In this document: positions 1 to 8,795 of the stretch, one piece after another
Position numbering within the stretch: position 1 is the first letter of the stretch
Layout of the letters: each line of letters opens with the position of its first letter
Source of the DNA: Psychrobacter cryohalolentis K5
GTDB taxonomy: Bacteria > Pseudomonadota > Gammaproteobacteria > Pseudomonadales > Moraxellaceae
Direction: 5' to 3'
DNA: 32,000 nucleotides
Assembly: GCF_000013905.1 (NCBI RefSeq)
Contig: NC_007969.1
Coordinates: 300,001 to 332,000, forward strand
Made by a program: the position numbers and the translations under genes
The notes under the pieces: model-generated
Told to the model about the DNA's origin: nothing
Database searches by the model: none
What the model saw: the letters and a program-made list of their open reading frames with translations, nothing else

Positions 1-5
1 GTTAT

Positions 6-82
6 GGCGGTTGTAGCTCAGTTGGTAGAGCCCCGGGTTGTGATCTCGGTTGTCGTGGGTTCGAGTCCCATCAGTCGCCCCA
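6..82 (+). tRNA. tRNA-His (anticodon GTG)
   Basis: The cloverleaf can be read by eye. It has the extra 5' G(-1) typical of tRNA-His, D-arm AGCTCAGTTGGTAGAGC, anticodon stem-loop CCGGG/TTGTGAT/CTCGG, T-arm GTGGGTTCGAGTCCCAT and an encoded CCA end. The layout closely matches E. coli tRNA-His. Confidence 0.9.
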
Positions 83-139
83 TTTTTTGCTGTATCCCTT
101 CTATTTATATCTATATTAAAATCATTTAAAAAAAGCCGC

Positions 140-160
140 TGCCATTTTTGGCATTTTTTT
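140..160 (+). terminator. Weak intrinsic terminator downstream of tRNA-His
   Basis: A 5-bp stem TGCCA/TGGCA with a 4-nt T loop is followed by a run of 7 T. The stem is short. Confidence 0.4.
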
Positions 161-430
161 GTACCTGTCTGTTTTATATCTTTTTGCCTCTGTGATAGTC
201 CTAAACCTTTTAAGTCGCTCATGATCTAACGGTCTACTGGCGTTTTGTATCATTTTTTCTTATGATACATATTGTGTCGTAAGGGCTTTATAAAGGTACA
301 TTAGCTGTACTGTCAAAGAAAAATTTATCTCAGTAGTACTATATTTTTAAATAAAATCGATCCTCATATTAATGCGATTTTTTTATTAAAGTGGCGCGTT
401 ATTGAGCAGCTGTTATTGAGGAAATGGTTA

Positions 431-1366
431 ATGGACGCATTAAGCGTGTTACTACAAAATGTACATTTATTCGATACGAAATACTATCGCTTAAATGGTA
501 CAGGCAATTGGTCTTACTCACTCACTAGACAAGATACGATTGTGTTTTATTTGGTGATGTCTGGTAGCTTTTGTATTGATATGGGCAGTGGACTCAGAGA
601 AGCGCATGCTGGCGACATTATTATGATTCCTAGCGCGCACAATCATGTCAGTTACGCGCTCAACCATCATGGTGAGAGTGCCAAACCTTTGGATGAGTTG
701 CTTACTAATTGCACGGAACAAGTGCTTGATATTCAGGGCGATGGTGATGCCCAATCATCTTTGATACTGATTGAATGCAAGTACGATAAAGAGATGATTC
801 GTCCTTTATTATCAGTGCTACCAACGATATTGCCTGAAATTAACGATGAATCTGATGGTCGGTTCGAGGTGATTGATGTTGAGATTCGACTGCTGACGTT
901 AGAAGCTGAGCATGAGCGGATGGGTAAGACGGCGATTATCAATCATTGGGCAAGTATTATGATGATTGAGTGTTTGCGGGTTTATATCGAAAGTTTGCCT
1001 GAAGCCACGGACAGTTGGCTAAAAGCCATGAAAGACCCGTTTTTAACCAAGGCATTGGTCGCCATGCACGAAAATCCAAGCCAGAACTGGAGCATTCATG
1101 AGCTTGCTGAAGTTGCAGGTATGTCACGCTCGAGTTTTGCGCAGCGTTTCAAAGACGTGGTTGGTATGCCGCCGTTGACCTATCTGATTGACTACCGTTT
1201 GCGTCTGGCGGCACGTTATTTGCGCTTGCAGCAAAATAGTATCAGCCGTATTAGTGAGCTAGTGGGCTATGCCTCAGACTCAACCTTTAGCCAAGCCTTT
1301 AAGCGCGTGTATGGCATATCGCCAAAAGCGTACCGCCAGCAATATCAAAAACAAAACCTTGCTTAG
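431..1366 (+). CDS. AraC-family transcriptional regulator (N-terminal cupin-like sensor domain, C-terminal HTH)
   Basis: The C-terminal ~100 aa carry the AraC/XylS double-HTH signature (WSIHELAEVAGMSRSSFAQRFKDVVGMPPLTYLIDYRLRLAARYL...ISELVGYASDSTFSQAFKRVYGISPKAYR). The N-terminus is cupin-like (GDIIMIPSAHNH). ATG 431 lies about 10 nt after GAGG. The track ORF starts at TTG 416. Confidence 0.85.
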   Translation: MDALSVLLQNVHLFDTKYYRLNGTGNWSYSLTRQDTIVFYLVMSGSFCIDMGSGLREAHAGDIIMIPSAHNHVSYALNHHGESAKPLDELLTNCTEQVLDIQGDGDAQSSLILIECKYDKEMIRPLLSVLPTILPEINDESDGRFEVIDVEIRLLTLEAEHERMGKTAIINHWASIMMIECLRVYIESLPEATDSWLKAMKDPFLTKALVAMHENPSQNWSIHELAEVAGMSRSSFAQRFKDVVGMPPLTYLIDYRLRLAARYLRLQQNSISRISELVGYASDSTFSQAFKRVYGISPKAYRQQYQKQNLA

Positions 1367-1649
1367 CTGCTACTTCACACATAAATAGTCATCCAAGCTG
1401 TGTGATATTTTCTAAACTGAGTCAGTGATATAATAGCGTCTATCTGATAATAATTTTTCATCATTAGCATTTCGATCTTGCACAGCTGACAATGAGTGTA
1501 GGTTAAGGTACTATGGAATGACAATGAAGTAATAAGTCGCCTAGTTGCGACAGTGTTTTAGCGACCTATATTTTATGCTTATATATTACGGTCTATCCAG
1601 AATATAGTATGACTTAGGTGATGTTTATTTTTGCAGCTGATGGTGTTTT

Positions 1650-2738
1650 ATGACTGAACCGACCGCAAAACCAAGCGTAAAATCAAATGATCTACAAGAT
1701 TCTTCTGCGTCTATTAATCATAAAGACAAACTTAATAGCAGAGTCAAAGCTAACAATAATCAGCATGACTCAAATCTTCAGCAGGAAAATAGCGCACAGG
1801 CAGGTATGGCTACTCGGCTTGATAAAGCGGCATTATTAGCATTATTTGTTTTGCCAAATGCGGATGGCAGCTTGACAGAGACTAGTTCCGCTAATATAAA
1901 TACTGCTAATCATACTCTAATAAACCAAAGCTTATCTATCTCTGCAAGTGACAGTAGTATTGCTACTCAGCGCGTAGCACTTTATCGGGCGCAGCATGAA
2001 CGCACGCAGCAATTATATTTGGCTTCTGCTGCTATCCGTCCGACTTACCTTGTACATACCCTCAAAAGACAATTTGCCGAATACCAGCAATATTTGCTTG
2101 CACAGCAGCTGGATAAACGCGGTTTGATGGATACGGATGCCATTGAGCGCTTATGGCAGCAGCTGCATGTGGTCGATGACATCATCGAAGATATTGTACG
2201 CCATATGCCAGCTCAGCAACCTGCAGGTTGGCAGTTGACAATACAGGATGGACATAATCCATTATGCTTTGCCACCGTCGGCAAGCTAAAGCATAATAAA
2301 CCTATCTTTGATCAAGGCAGTTTGAACAGCTATGTGCTCGGGCACTTTGGCGTCAGTAGCTTTACTTACGATCGTGGCTATTATATAGGACATGTGGTTG
2401 GCTATTTATTCAGCTGTTATTTTTGCGCCCATTTATCTATTACCTATGGCGTGACAGCACTTGGTCAGGATGTGGTGAGTGATTATGATTATGCCAGCCT
2501 TGAAACCCCGCACATGGTCAGATTGCTACAAGGTTTAGACGGTTACTGTAAAAAACGTATTTATCAATTGGCGGTCATTTGTGCACGTCTCAGTGTGTTT
2601 GCCAGTGATAAGCGCATTGAGCGTATGCTGATCGCTGAAGTCAATGATTTTGATAAAAAGCTACAACAACAGCATTTAGATGTTCTATTATTGCAAGGCT
2701 TGATGCCGGATAGTAACGATTCTACGCCGCTTCTTTAA
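1650..2738 (+). CDS. Hypothetical protein, no family recognised
   Basis: A long uninterrupted ORF (362 aa) in the same orientation as the flanking genes. The first ~110 aa are polar low-complexity (S/N/Q-rich), followed by a helical Q/L-rich stretch and a Cys/Tyr/His-containing C-terminal domain. I see no signal peptide or clear TM segment. Confidence 0.6.
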   Translation: MTEPTAKPSVKSNDLQDSSASINHKDKLNSRVKANNNQHDSNLQQENSAQAGMATRLDKAALLALFVLPNADGSLTETSSANINTANHTLINQSLSISASDSSIATQRVALYRAQHERTQQLYLASAAIRPTYLVHTLKRQFAEYQQYLLAQQLDKRGLMDTDAIERLWQQLHVVDDIIEDIVRHMPAQQPAGWQLTIQDGHNPLCFATVGKLKHNKPIFDQGSLNSYVLGHFGVSSFTYDRGYYIGHVVGYLFSCYFCAHLSITYGVTALGQDVVSDYDYASLETPHMVRLLQGLDGYCKKRIYQLAVICARLSVFASDKRIERMLIAEVNDFDKKLQQQHLDVLLLQGLMPDSNDSTPLL

Positions 2739-2821
2739 GTCGTCTATTCTTTTAATGAGCCAACTTTTCAAATCTTGATCTATCCTCTTTTATTCTTGAC
2801 CGTCTTAGGATATCCGCTGCT

Positions 2822-4024
2822 ATGCCCGCTTATCATTATAAAGCGCTTGACGATCGTGGCGGCATCCAAAAAGGCTTGCTTGAAGGTGATTCTGCGCGGC
2901 AAGTACGCCAGCAGCTGCGTGATAAACAATGGACGCCTGTCGAAGTCAACGCCGTCAATGATAGGCAAAGTCAACATAAAAGCCGCTATAAAAAACCCTC
3001 TGCTTATGAGTTGGCACTGCTTACCCGCCAGTTATCTGTGTTACTTGCTGCTGGTATTCCGTTAGAGGAAACCTTGGCAGCTGTCGCCAAACAATCGCCA
3101 AAAACCCATATCAAATCTTTGATACTTGCCGTGCGCTCGCATGTCCTAGAAGGTCTCAGTTTGGCGCGCGCTTTGCAGCAAGCGGCGAGCTTTCCCCCAC
3201 TATATATCGCTACCATTGCAGCTGGAGAAAAATCTGGTCATTTGGATTTGATCTTAAATCAGCTTGCCGATTACACGGAAAATCGCTTTGCCTTACAGAA
3301 AAAAATACAAGGCGCTATGGTTTATCCCATCGTGCTGATGGTGATGGCAGTTGGCGTAATTATGGGGTTAATGAGCTTTGTAGTACCAAAAATTGTCAAA
3401 GTGTTTGAGCAGTCCGAACAAGCTCTGCCTTTAATTACCCAAATTGTCCTTAGCTTATCAAATATTATTACCCAGTGGTGGTGGCTGATGCTGCTGGTGT
3501 TGGCAGGAACGGCATTTTTATTCTATCGCTTTGCTCAGACGCAAGCGGGCAAGCTGGCCATAGATAGTGCTGTGCTAAGATTGCCTATACTGGCACGCTT
3601 ATCGAAAGGGTTGAATGCGGCGCGCTTTGCCAGTACGCTTGCGATATTGGTGCGCTCTGGTGTGCCATTGATTGAGGCGCTCCATATTGGCGCTGCGGTC
3701 ACCACCAATTTGCATATTCAAAAAACCATCATTACTGCTGCGGATAGAGTAACAGAGGGTTCAAGTCTGTCGAGTCAATTAGACAAATCGCCCTATTTTC
3801 CGCCGATGATGGTACAAATGATTAAAAGTGGTGAAAACTCGGGCGAGCTTGAAAATATGCTTAGCCGTGCTGCCAATATGCAGGAGGCAGAAGCCACCAA
3901 TTTCATTAGTACTTTATTGTCATTACTTGAGCCTTTAATGCTGGTGCTGATGGGTGTGGTCGTCATGATTATCGTAATGGCGGTGATGCTGCCAATTGTG
4001 AATATGAATGACTTGGCTGGCTAG
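2822..4024 (+). CDS. gspF: Type II secretion system inner-membrane platform protein GspF
   Basis: 400 aa. The N-terminus MPAYHYKALDDRGGIQKGLLEGDSARQVRQQLR is GspF-like. There are two T2SSF repeats with GEKSGHLD and GENSGELE motifs and three hydrophobic TM segments. gspG lies downstream. Confidence 0.9.
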   Translation: MPAYHYKALDDRGGIQKGLLEGDSARQVRQQLRDKQWTPVEVNAVNDRQSQHKSRYKKPSAYELALLTRQLSVLLAAGIPLEETLAAVAKQSPKTHIKSLILAVRSHVLEGLSLARALQQAASFPPLYIATIAAGEKSGHLDLILNQLADYTENRFALQKKIQGAMVYPIVLMVMAVGVIMGLMSFVVPKIVKVFEQSEQALPLITQIVLSLSNIITQWWWLMLLVLAGTAFLFYRFAQTQAGKLAIDSAVLRLPILARLSKGLNAARFASTLAILVRSGVPLIEALHIGAAVTTNLHIQKTIITAADRVTEGSSLSSQLDKSPYFPPMMVQMIKSGENSGELENMLSRAANMQEAEATNFISTLLSLLEPLMLVLMGVVVMIIVMAVMLPIVNMNDLAG

Positions 4025-4491
4025 TTTTTATTAACCTTAAATATACGCTCCTGTTAGTAATAGTTGTTTTATCACCCGCATACTTAACTGCATTTCTGTT
4101 TCCATATTTTCTATTTCTAAATACAGCTTCTATACTTCTGATGCTTTGGTTCATTTTTTTACTTATATTCTAATAATTTGACTTCAAATTTGGTTACGTT
4201 TCTTGAGTTTTGCTTACTGTTGTATATTATTGACCGACCAACGCTTTTACTGTTGTCAAATCTAACCTTGCGTTATAGTAAGTATCAGTTATAAGTAACA
4301 GTCAAACGCTATTTCAAAAGGTTAGCCATCATAGATTACTAATAACACATTGATCCAAATGACAACCTGCCTTCAATGCTGGATAAAAGTAAAACCATGG
4401 TTTATAGTAATAATCGTTTCAGTGCTTCTTAAGACACTGTAAATATGCCTATTATGAATGTGACGATAAAGGTAAATTAAACGCCATTTTC

Positions 4492-5073
4492 ATGATTTAT
4501 ATCACCTTGACGCGAAAAGCGATGCCAGAAGCGATGACTATGACTGATAATATTCGAGTAAGTACGATTTCACCAAGTGATATGGATGATACGCCAGAGT
4601 GTTTAGCGGCAGCGCAAAGTCAGAAAGCTGTTGCTTTATCAAGCACTCAGCGCTTTAGCAATCTCCAATCAGGATTTACCTTGATTGAAATCATGGTGGT
4701 GATTGTGATTTTGGCCATTCTTGCTGGTCTAGTGGTGCCAAAGGTGGTCGGACAAAGTGATAAAGCACGGGTTAAAACCACTGAAACAGCGCTATCAACA
4801 GTATCAAATGCGCTAGATATGTATAAAGTAGATAATTCGCGCTATCCAACGACGGCTCAAGGCTTAGAAGCACTCACCACGCCACCAGCTGAAGCTAAGA
4901 ACTATCCTGACGGTGGTTATATTAAAGGCGGGTATCCAACGGATGGTTGGGAAAACGAGCTGCAATACGTTGCCCCGGGTAGTGAAGGTCGACCTTATGA
5001 TTTATTTTCTCTAGGGGCTGATGGCGAACAGGGCGGAGAAGGGCAGGATGCTGATCTTTATGCTCAGCTATAA
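4492..5073 (+). CDS. gspG: Type II secretion major pseudopilin GspG (start codon uncertain, unusually long prepeptide)
   Basis: Prepilin cleavage/methylation motif QSG|FTLIEIMVVIVILAILAGLVVPKV, followed by GspG-typical LDMYKVDNSRYPTTAQGLEAL and a C-terminal YDLFSLGADGEQGGEGQDADL. In-frame ATGs occur at codons 1, 11, 15, 17 and 31 only. Confidence 0.85.
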   Translation: MIYITLTRKAMPEAMTMTDNIRVSTISPSDMDDTPECLAAAQSQKAVALSSTQRFSNLQSGFTLIEIMVVIVILAILAGLVVPKVVGQSDKARVKTTETALSTVSNALDMYKVDNSRYPTTAQGLEALTTPPAEAKNYPDGGYIKGGYPTDGWENELQYVAPGSEGRPYDLFSLGADGEQGGEGQDADLYAQL

Positions 5074-5165
5074 GCTCTAGCCTACTCAGTTATTTAGGTA
5101 TTGTTTGCAAGCGATACCATGATAAATACCTTGGCGCTAAAAGCATCTTTAATGAGACTAATGTA

Positions 5166-5199
5166 TCAACCAATAAGAGGTTATTGGTTGATATTTTTT
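5166..5199 (+). terminator. Intrinsic terminator downstream of gspG
   Basis: A perfect 11-bp stem TCAACCAATAA/TTATTGGTTGA with loop GAGG is followed by TATTTTTTA. Confidence 0.75.
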
Positions 5200-5478
5200 A
5201 TGACTATCGCTAACTATAAATATCACTATAGTCAGGGAAAAGTAATATCGATACATCAAGTACTGCTGATATTCATTTTTCTTGCTTGCTGTGCCTACGC
5301 AGACAGAGGCTGCAAAAAATTTATATCAGCAGCACTGTAGCGCTTTTGAGATATTTTAACTATAACTTTAAATTCAGATAAACGGAATCTTAACCCTGCT
5401 ATTTATTATTAAAACGAGTGACTATTTTCTATTGATTGTAAAAAAACAGCTGTTCTTCTAGTAATCTGAGGTAATCAT

Positions 5479-6039
5479 ATGTCTATCGAAACATCAAAAT
5501 CGAAATCAATTATCATGAATAAACAATTAACTAAAAAGCCTTATTTGCTTGCTATAACAGCCACTGCTTTGATGACTACTTTGTCAATGACGTCTGTTGC
5601 GACTCAAGCTGCAGGTCTGGGGGAATTGTTTAGTAATAATAGTGCTCAGCAATCAAAATTTTTGCCCGTTGATAAGGCATTTCAAGTGACTAGCAGTACC
5701 AAGGCGACCACTAAAGGCACGCAGTTATCGATCGCTTTTGATATCACACCAGGTCATTACGTTTATAAAGATAAGCTGACCTTGAGTTTTCCAAAAGGTA
5801 TCAATGCGTCGCCATTTACCTTTAGCCAATCGCCTGTCTCTATTGATGATCCAACCTTTGGCAAGGTACCCGTATTTACGCAAAAAACTGTGATAGCAAC
5901 GACTATGATGACGACCAAAAACGGTAAAGCGGCAAAGAATGTGCCGGTTGTGATTGGCTGGCAAGGTTGTGCTCAAGCTGGACTATGCTATCCGCCAGAA
6001 AAGGTCAAAACCACGTTAAACATTGCAGTCAAACGTTAG
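5479..6039 (+). CDS. Secreted stand-alone DsbD N-terminal (alpha) domain protein
   Basis: A signal-peptide-like N-terminus ends in ATQAAG. After that the protein aligns by eye, roughly two-thirds identical, with residues ~60-200 of the downstream DsbD, including WQGCAQAGLCYPPEK (both alpha-domain catalytic Cys). GAGG lies 7 nt upstream of the ATG. Confidence 0.8.
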   Translation: MSIETSKSKSIIMNKQLTKKPYLLAITATALMTTLSMTSVATQAAGLGELFSNNSAQQSKFLPVDKAFQVTSSTKATTKGTQLSIAFDITPGHYVYKDKLTLSFPKGINASPFTFSQSPVSIDDPTFGKVPVFTQKTVIATTMMTTKNGKAAKNVPVVIGWQGCAQAGLCYPPEKVKTTLNIAVKR

Positions 6040-6098
6040 TCACTAATATATAGCACAAGTAGGTTGATTTATATAGTCGTTATAACAGGTAGTCCTTT

Positions 6099-8330
6099 AT
6101 GTCCATCAAGACAGTAAAAAGCATTTCGTCATTTAAAGCGGTATCCACCAGAAATCAGTCTTCAAAAAATTTGCCATCAGTTGTAAATAAAGTGCCAAAG
6201 AAGTCTTATTTACTGGCACTAACTATAGCGAGTAGCTCGTTATTTGTAGGATTGACTGCGACGACTATGACGACGCAGGCAGCAGGATTGGGCGATCTTT
6301 TTAGTAGCAATCAAAGCGCTGGACAATCGAAATTTCTGTCAGTGGATAAAGCCTTCCAAGTCACGAGTAACAGTAAAGCTGTTAAAGCTGGCACTCAGTT
6401 ATCGATTAATTTTGATATCACTCCAGAGCATTATGTTTACAAGAATCAGCTTAAACTCACTTTGCCTGCTGGGGTTACAGCGGCACCGTTTACTTTTAGT
6501 CAAACGCCTGTCTTAATTGATGATCCAACTTTTGGTAAAGTGCCAGTATTTGATCAAAAAAATATGGTAGCCACTACTACTCTGAGTACTAGTGGCAAGA
6601 GCATTGACAATGCAGCGGTGGTGATTGGTTGGCAAGGCTGCGCCAAAGCAGGACTTTGCTACCCGCCTGAGAAAATAAAAACCAATGTCGATATCGTTGC
6701 AAGCGCGCCGCAAGCGGTGGTTAATACGATAAGTAATGTCACTGGTGTTGCTAAAAGCGATGTCAATCAAGAGACTACTAATGCAAATTCGGTAAATAAT
6801 AGCAATAGCGTCACAATATCAGAGGCGCCAAATGCCACAAGTATAGACAGTACTGAGGCAATGAGTCCTGAAGCAGAGCAAGCGCTTGCAGAAGAAGATG
6901 AAGTCATTGATTATGCGTTGTTGGATGATGAGGCTTTAGATGGAGAGCTTGGCGCCACCAATACGATTTCTGGCGCTGATACACCGTTAGCAGATAATGC
7001 TGCTCCGACAAATGATACGCTAGCTACCGCAGATAATTTGGCTGATGGCGATCCGTTTGGCTTAGCCAAGCATCCTTGGTTGGCATTAGGGTTACTATTC
7101 TTGGCAGGGCTTGGCTTAGCGCTTACGCCGTGCGTACTACCTATGTTACCTATCGTCGCAAATATTGTCGCCCGTCAGCAAAATCCAACGGTTAAAAAAG
7201 GTGTCATTTTAACGACAAGTTATGCGATTGGAGTGTCGATTGCTTACGGGATACTTGGTGCTGTCATTGCTGTATTTGGTGAGTCACTCGGCATTATCGG
7301 CTGGCTACAAAACCCAATCATCCTGATCAGTTTTGCAGTAATATTTGTTTTGTTGGCCCTTTACATGCTTGAAGTATTTACCATTCGTTTGCCGCATTTT
7401 ATCAGTAGTAAGATGCAGGGCTTAAGCCAAGCAGGCGATAGTAAGCTCGGTAGCGCTGGTGGCAGTTTAGCTGCTGGATTTTTATCAGCATTGGTAGTAT
7501 CACCTTGTGTTTCTGCACCATTATTTGGCGCTTTACTTGCTGTCTCAACGATTGGTAATCCGCTATTGGGTTTTGCTGCCCTATTTATGCTAGGCTTTGG
7601 CTTGTCAGCGCCACTGATTTTGATTGGTGCTACCCAAGGCAAAATTATGCCAAAAGCGGGCGAGTGGATGAACTGGGTCAAGCAAGGTTTTGCCTTATTG
7701 TTATTTGCCGTAGCGTTACTATTAATAGAGCGCGTCTTTATATCGTCAGTAATGTTACTGGTATGGGCATTATGGTTTATGGTTGTGGCAACATGGGCAT
7801 GGAGCTGGCGTGGTAAAGGTAGAATGCTATCGCAAGCCATCGGTTTGATAGCTGGTATTTGGGCTGCTACTTTAGTGATTGGCGCCGCACTTGGTAATGA
7901 TGATAGCTTACATCCGTTAGCTTCATTAAGTGCCACCCCTATGTTAGTACAGTCAGCTAACGGTCAAGCTGGCGCTCAAAATAATGCGACGAATAACTCA
8001 GATGAGCATATCACTACGTTGGCAGAATTAGATGTTATCACTGCTGCCAATCCTAAAGTTTTGGTCGATTTAACCGCTGATTGGTGTATTGAATGTCGCA
8101 TTATGGATAAGAATTTATTTACCAATCGTCCCGCACAAATGCAAGACTGGGAATTGGTACGACTCGATATTACGGAAACCACAGCGGATTCTAAGGCAAT
8201 TTTAGCGCGTTATAAATTATTTGGACCACCAACTTTATTGTATTACCAAGATGGTCAATTGGTACAAAAACAAGTGGGTGAGATTGGTCGTGCAGAGTTT
8301 GAGCAGACTTTGACGGCATTAAATAAATAA
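6099..8330 (+). CDS. dsbD: Thiol:disulfide interchange protein DsbD (alpha-beta-gamma architecture)
   Basis: The alpha domain carries WQGCAKAGLCYPP. The membrane core carries LTPCVLPMLP and VVSPCVSAPL motifs. The C-terminal thioredoxin-like domain carries WCIEC. At 743 aa it is long because of acidic and polar linkers. Confidence 0.9.
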   Translation: MSIKTVKSISSFKAVSTRNQSSKNLPSVVNKVPKKSYLLALTIASSSLFVGLTATTMTTQAAGLGDLFSSNQSAGQSKFLSVDKAFQVTSNSKAVKAGTQLSINFDITPEHYVYKNQLKLTLPAGVTAAPFTFSQTPVLIDDPTFGKVPVFDQKNMVATTTLSTSGKSIDNAAVVIGWQGCAKAGLCYPPEKIKTNVDIVASAPQAVVNTISNVTGVAKSDVNQETTNANSVNNSNSVTISEAPNATSIDSTEAMSPEAEQALAEEDEVIDYALLDDEALDGELGATNTISGADTPLADNAAPTNDTLATADNLADGDPFGLAKHPWLALGLLFLAGLGLALTPCVLPMLPIVANIVARQQNPTVKKGVILTTSYAIGVSIAYGILGAVIAVFGESLGIIGWLQNPIILISFAVIFVLLALYMLEVFTIRLPHFISSKMQGLSQAGDSKLGSAGGSLAAGFLSALVVSPCVSAPLFGALLAVSTIGNPLLGFAALFMLGFGLSAPLILIGATQGKIMPKAGEWMNWVKQGFALLLFAVALLLIERVFISSVMLLVWALWFMVVATWAWSWRGKGRMLSQAIGLIAGIWAATLVIGAALGNDDSLHPLASLSATPMLVQSANGQAGAQNNATNNSDEHITTLAELDVITAANPKVLVDLTADWCIECRIMDKNLFTNRPAQMQDWELVRLDITETTADSKAILARYKLFGPPTLLYYQDGQLVQKQVGEIGRAEFEQTLTALNK

Positions 8331-8385
8331 TAGTCGTATCGGAAATATTTTTTTATCCTCTTAAATGCCTTAATATAATTCCTAT

Positions 8386-8431
8386 AAAAAAGCCAACGTA
8401 CTGTCATAGTATGTTGGCTCTTTTATTTTTT
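8386..8431 (+). terminator. Intrinsic terminator downstream of dsbD
   Basis: An A-run precedes stem AGCCAACGTACT/AGTATGTTGGCT (one G-U pair) with loop GTCAT, followed by CTTTTATTTTTT. Confidence 0.7.
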
Positions 8432-8795
8432 CTCAGAAGAAGGCTTGCAGCACTCGATTAGTTGTATTTCGTGCTAAATAAAGCAACATTACTTTGAAAG
8501 CGTCATTAGCAAGATACTGGTTAAAGGGTCCTTTTTTTATTCTGTACTCATTATAAGCATTTGGTTTTATGCTACTTATATTCATTTAGCGCTACATTAT
8601 GCAGCAATAAAGCTAGTATAGTGTGTACGTTTTCATTACAATAAAGCAACATTGCTAAATGCGCATTATTCAGCGTAATAGCAACCCTTTATCTCCAAGT
8701 TGTATTGATTTTTTATGCCAGTTTAGCGTCAATGCTAATTGTTATATCAATCACCTCATATATTCTATTGACAGTAATGATCAGTTGAATAAAGG

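Noticed and set aside
246-270. 8-bp inverted repeat TGTATCAT ... ATGATACA downstream of tRNA-His
   Set aside because: It is short, AT-rich and not followed by a T-tract. It cannot be distinguished from chance in an AT-rich spacer.
1-2738. tRNA-His-linked genomic islet (AraC regulator plus orphan gene)
   Set aside because: There is no integrase or transposase. I could find no direct repeat of the tRNA 3' end downstream. The composition is similar to that of the neighbouring genes.
2775-3065. 96-aa plus-strand ORF overlapping the gspF start in another frame
   Set aside because: The gspF frame has clear family similarity from its first residues. The alternative frame has none.
5101-5340. 79-aa plus-strand ORF between gspG and the DsbD-alpha gene
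   Set aside because: It has no Shine-Dalgarno sequence and an odd composition. The strong gspG terminator hairpin (5166-5199) lies inside it. It is most likely non-coding.
7361-7936. 191-aa minus-strand ORF antisense to dsbD
   Set aside because: This is a shadow ORF inside a well-supported membrane-protein gene, with no recognisable motifs or RBS.
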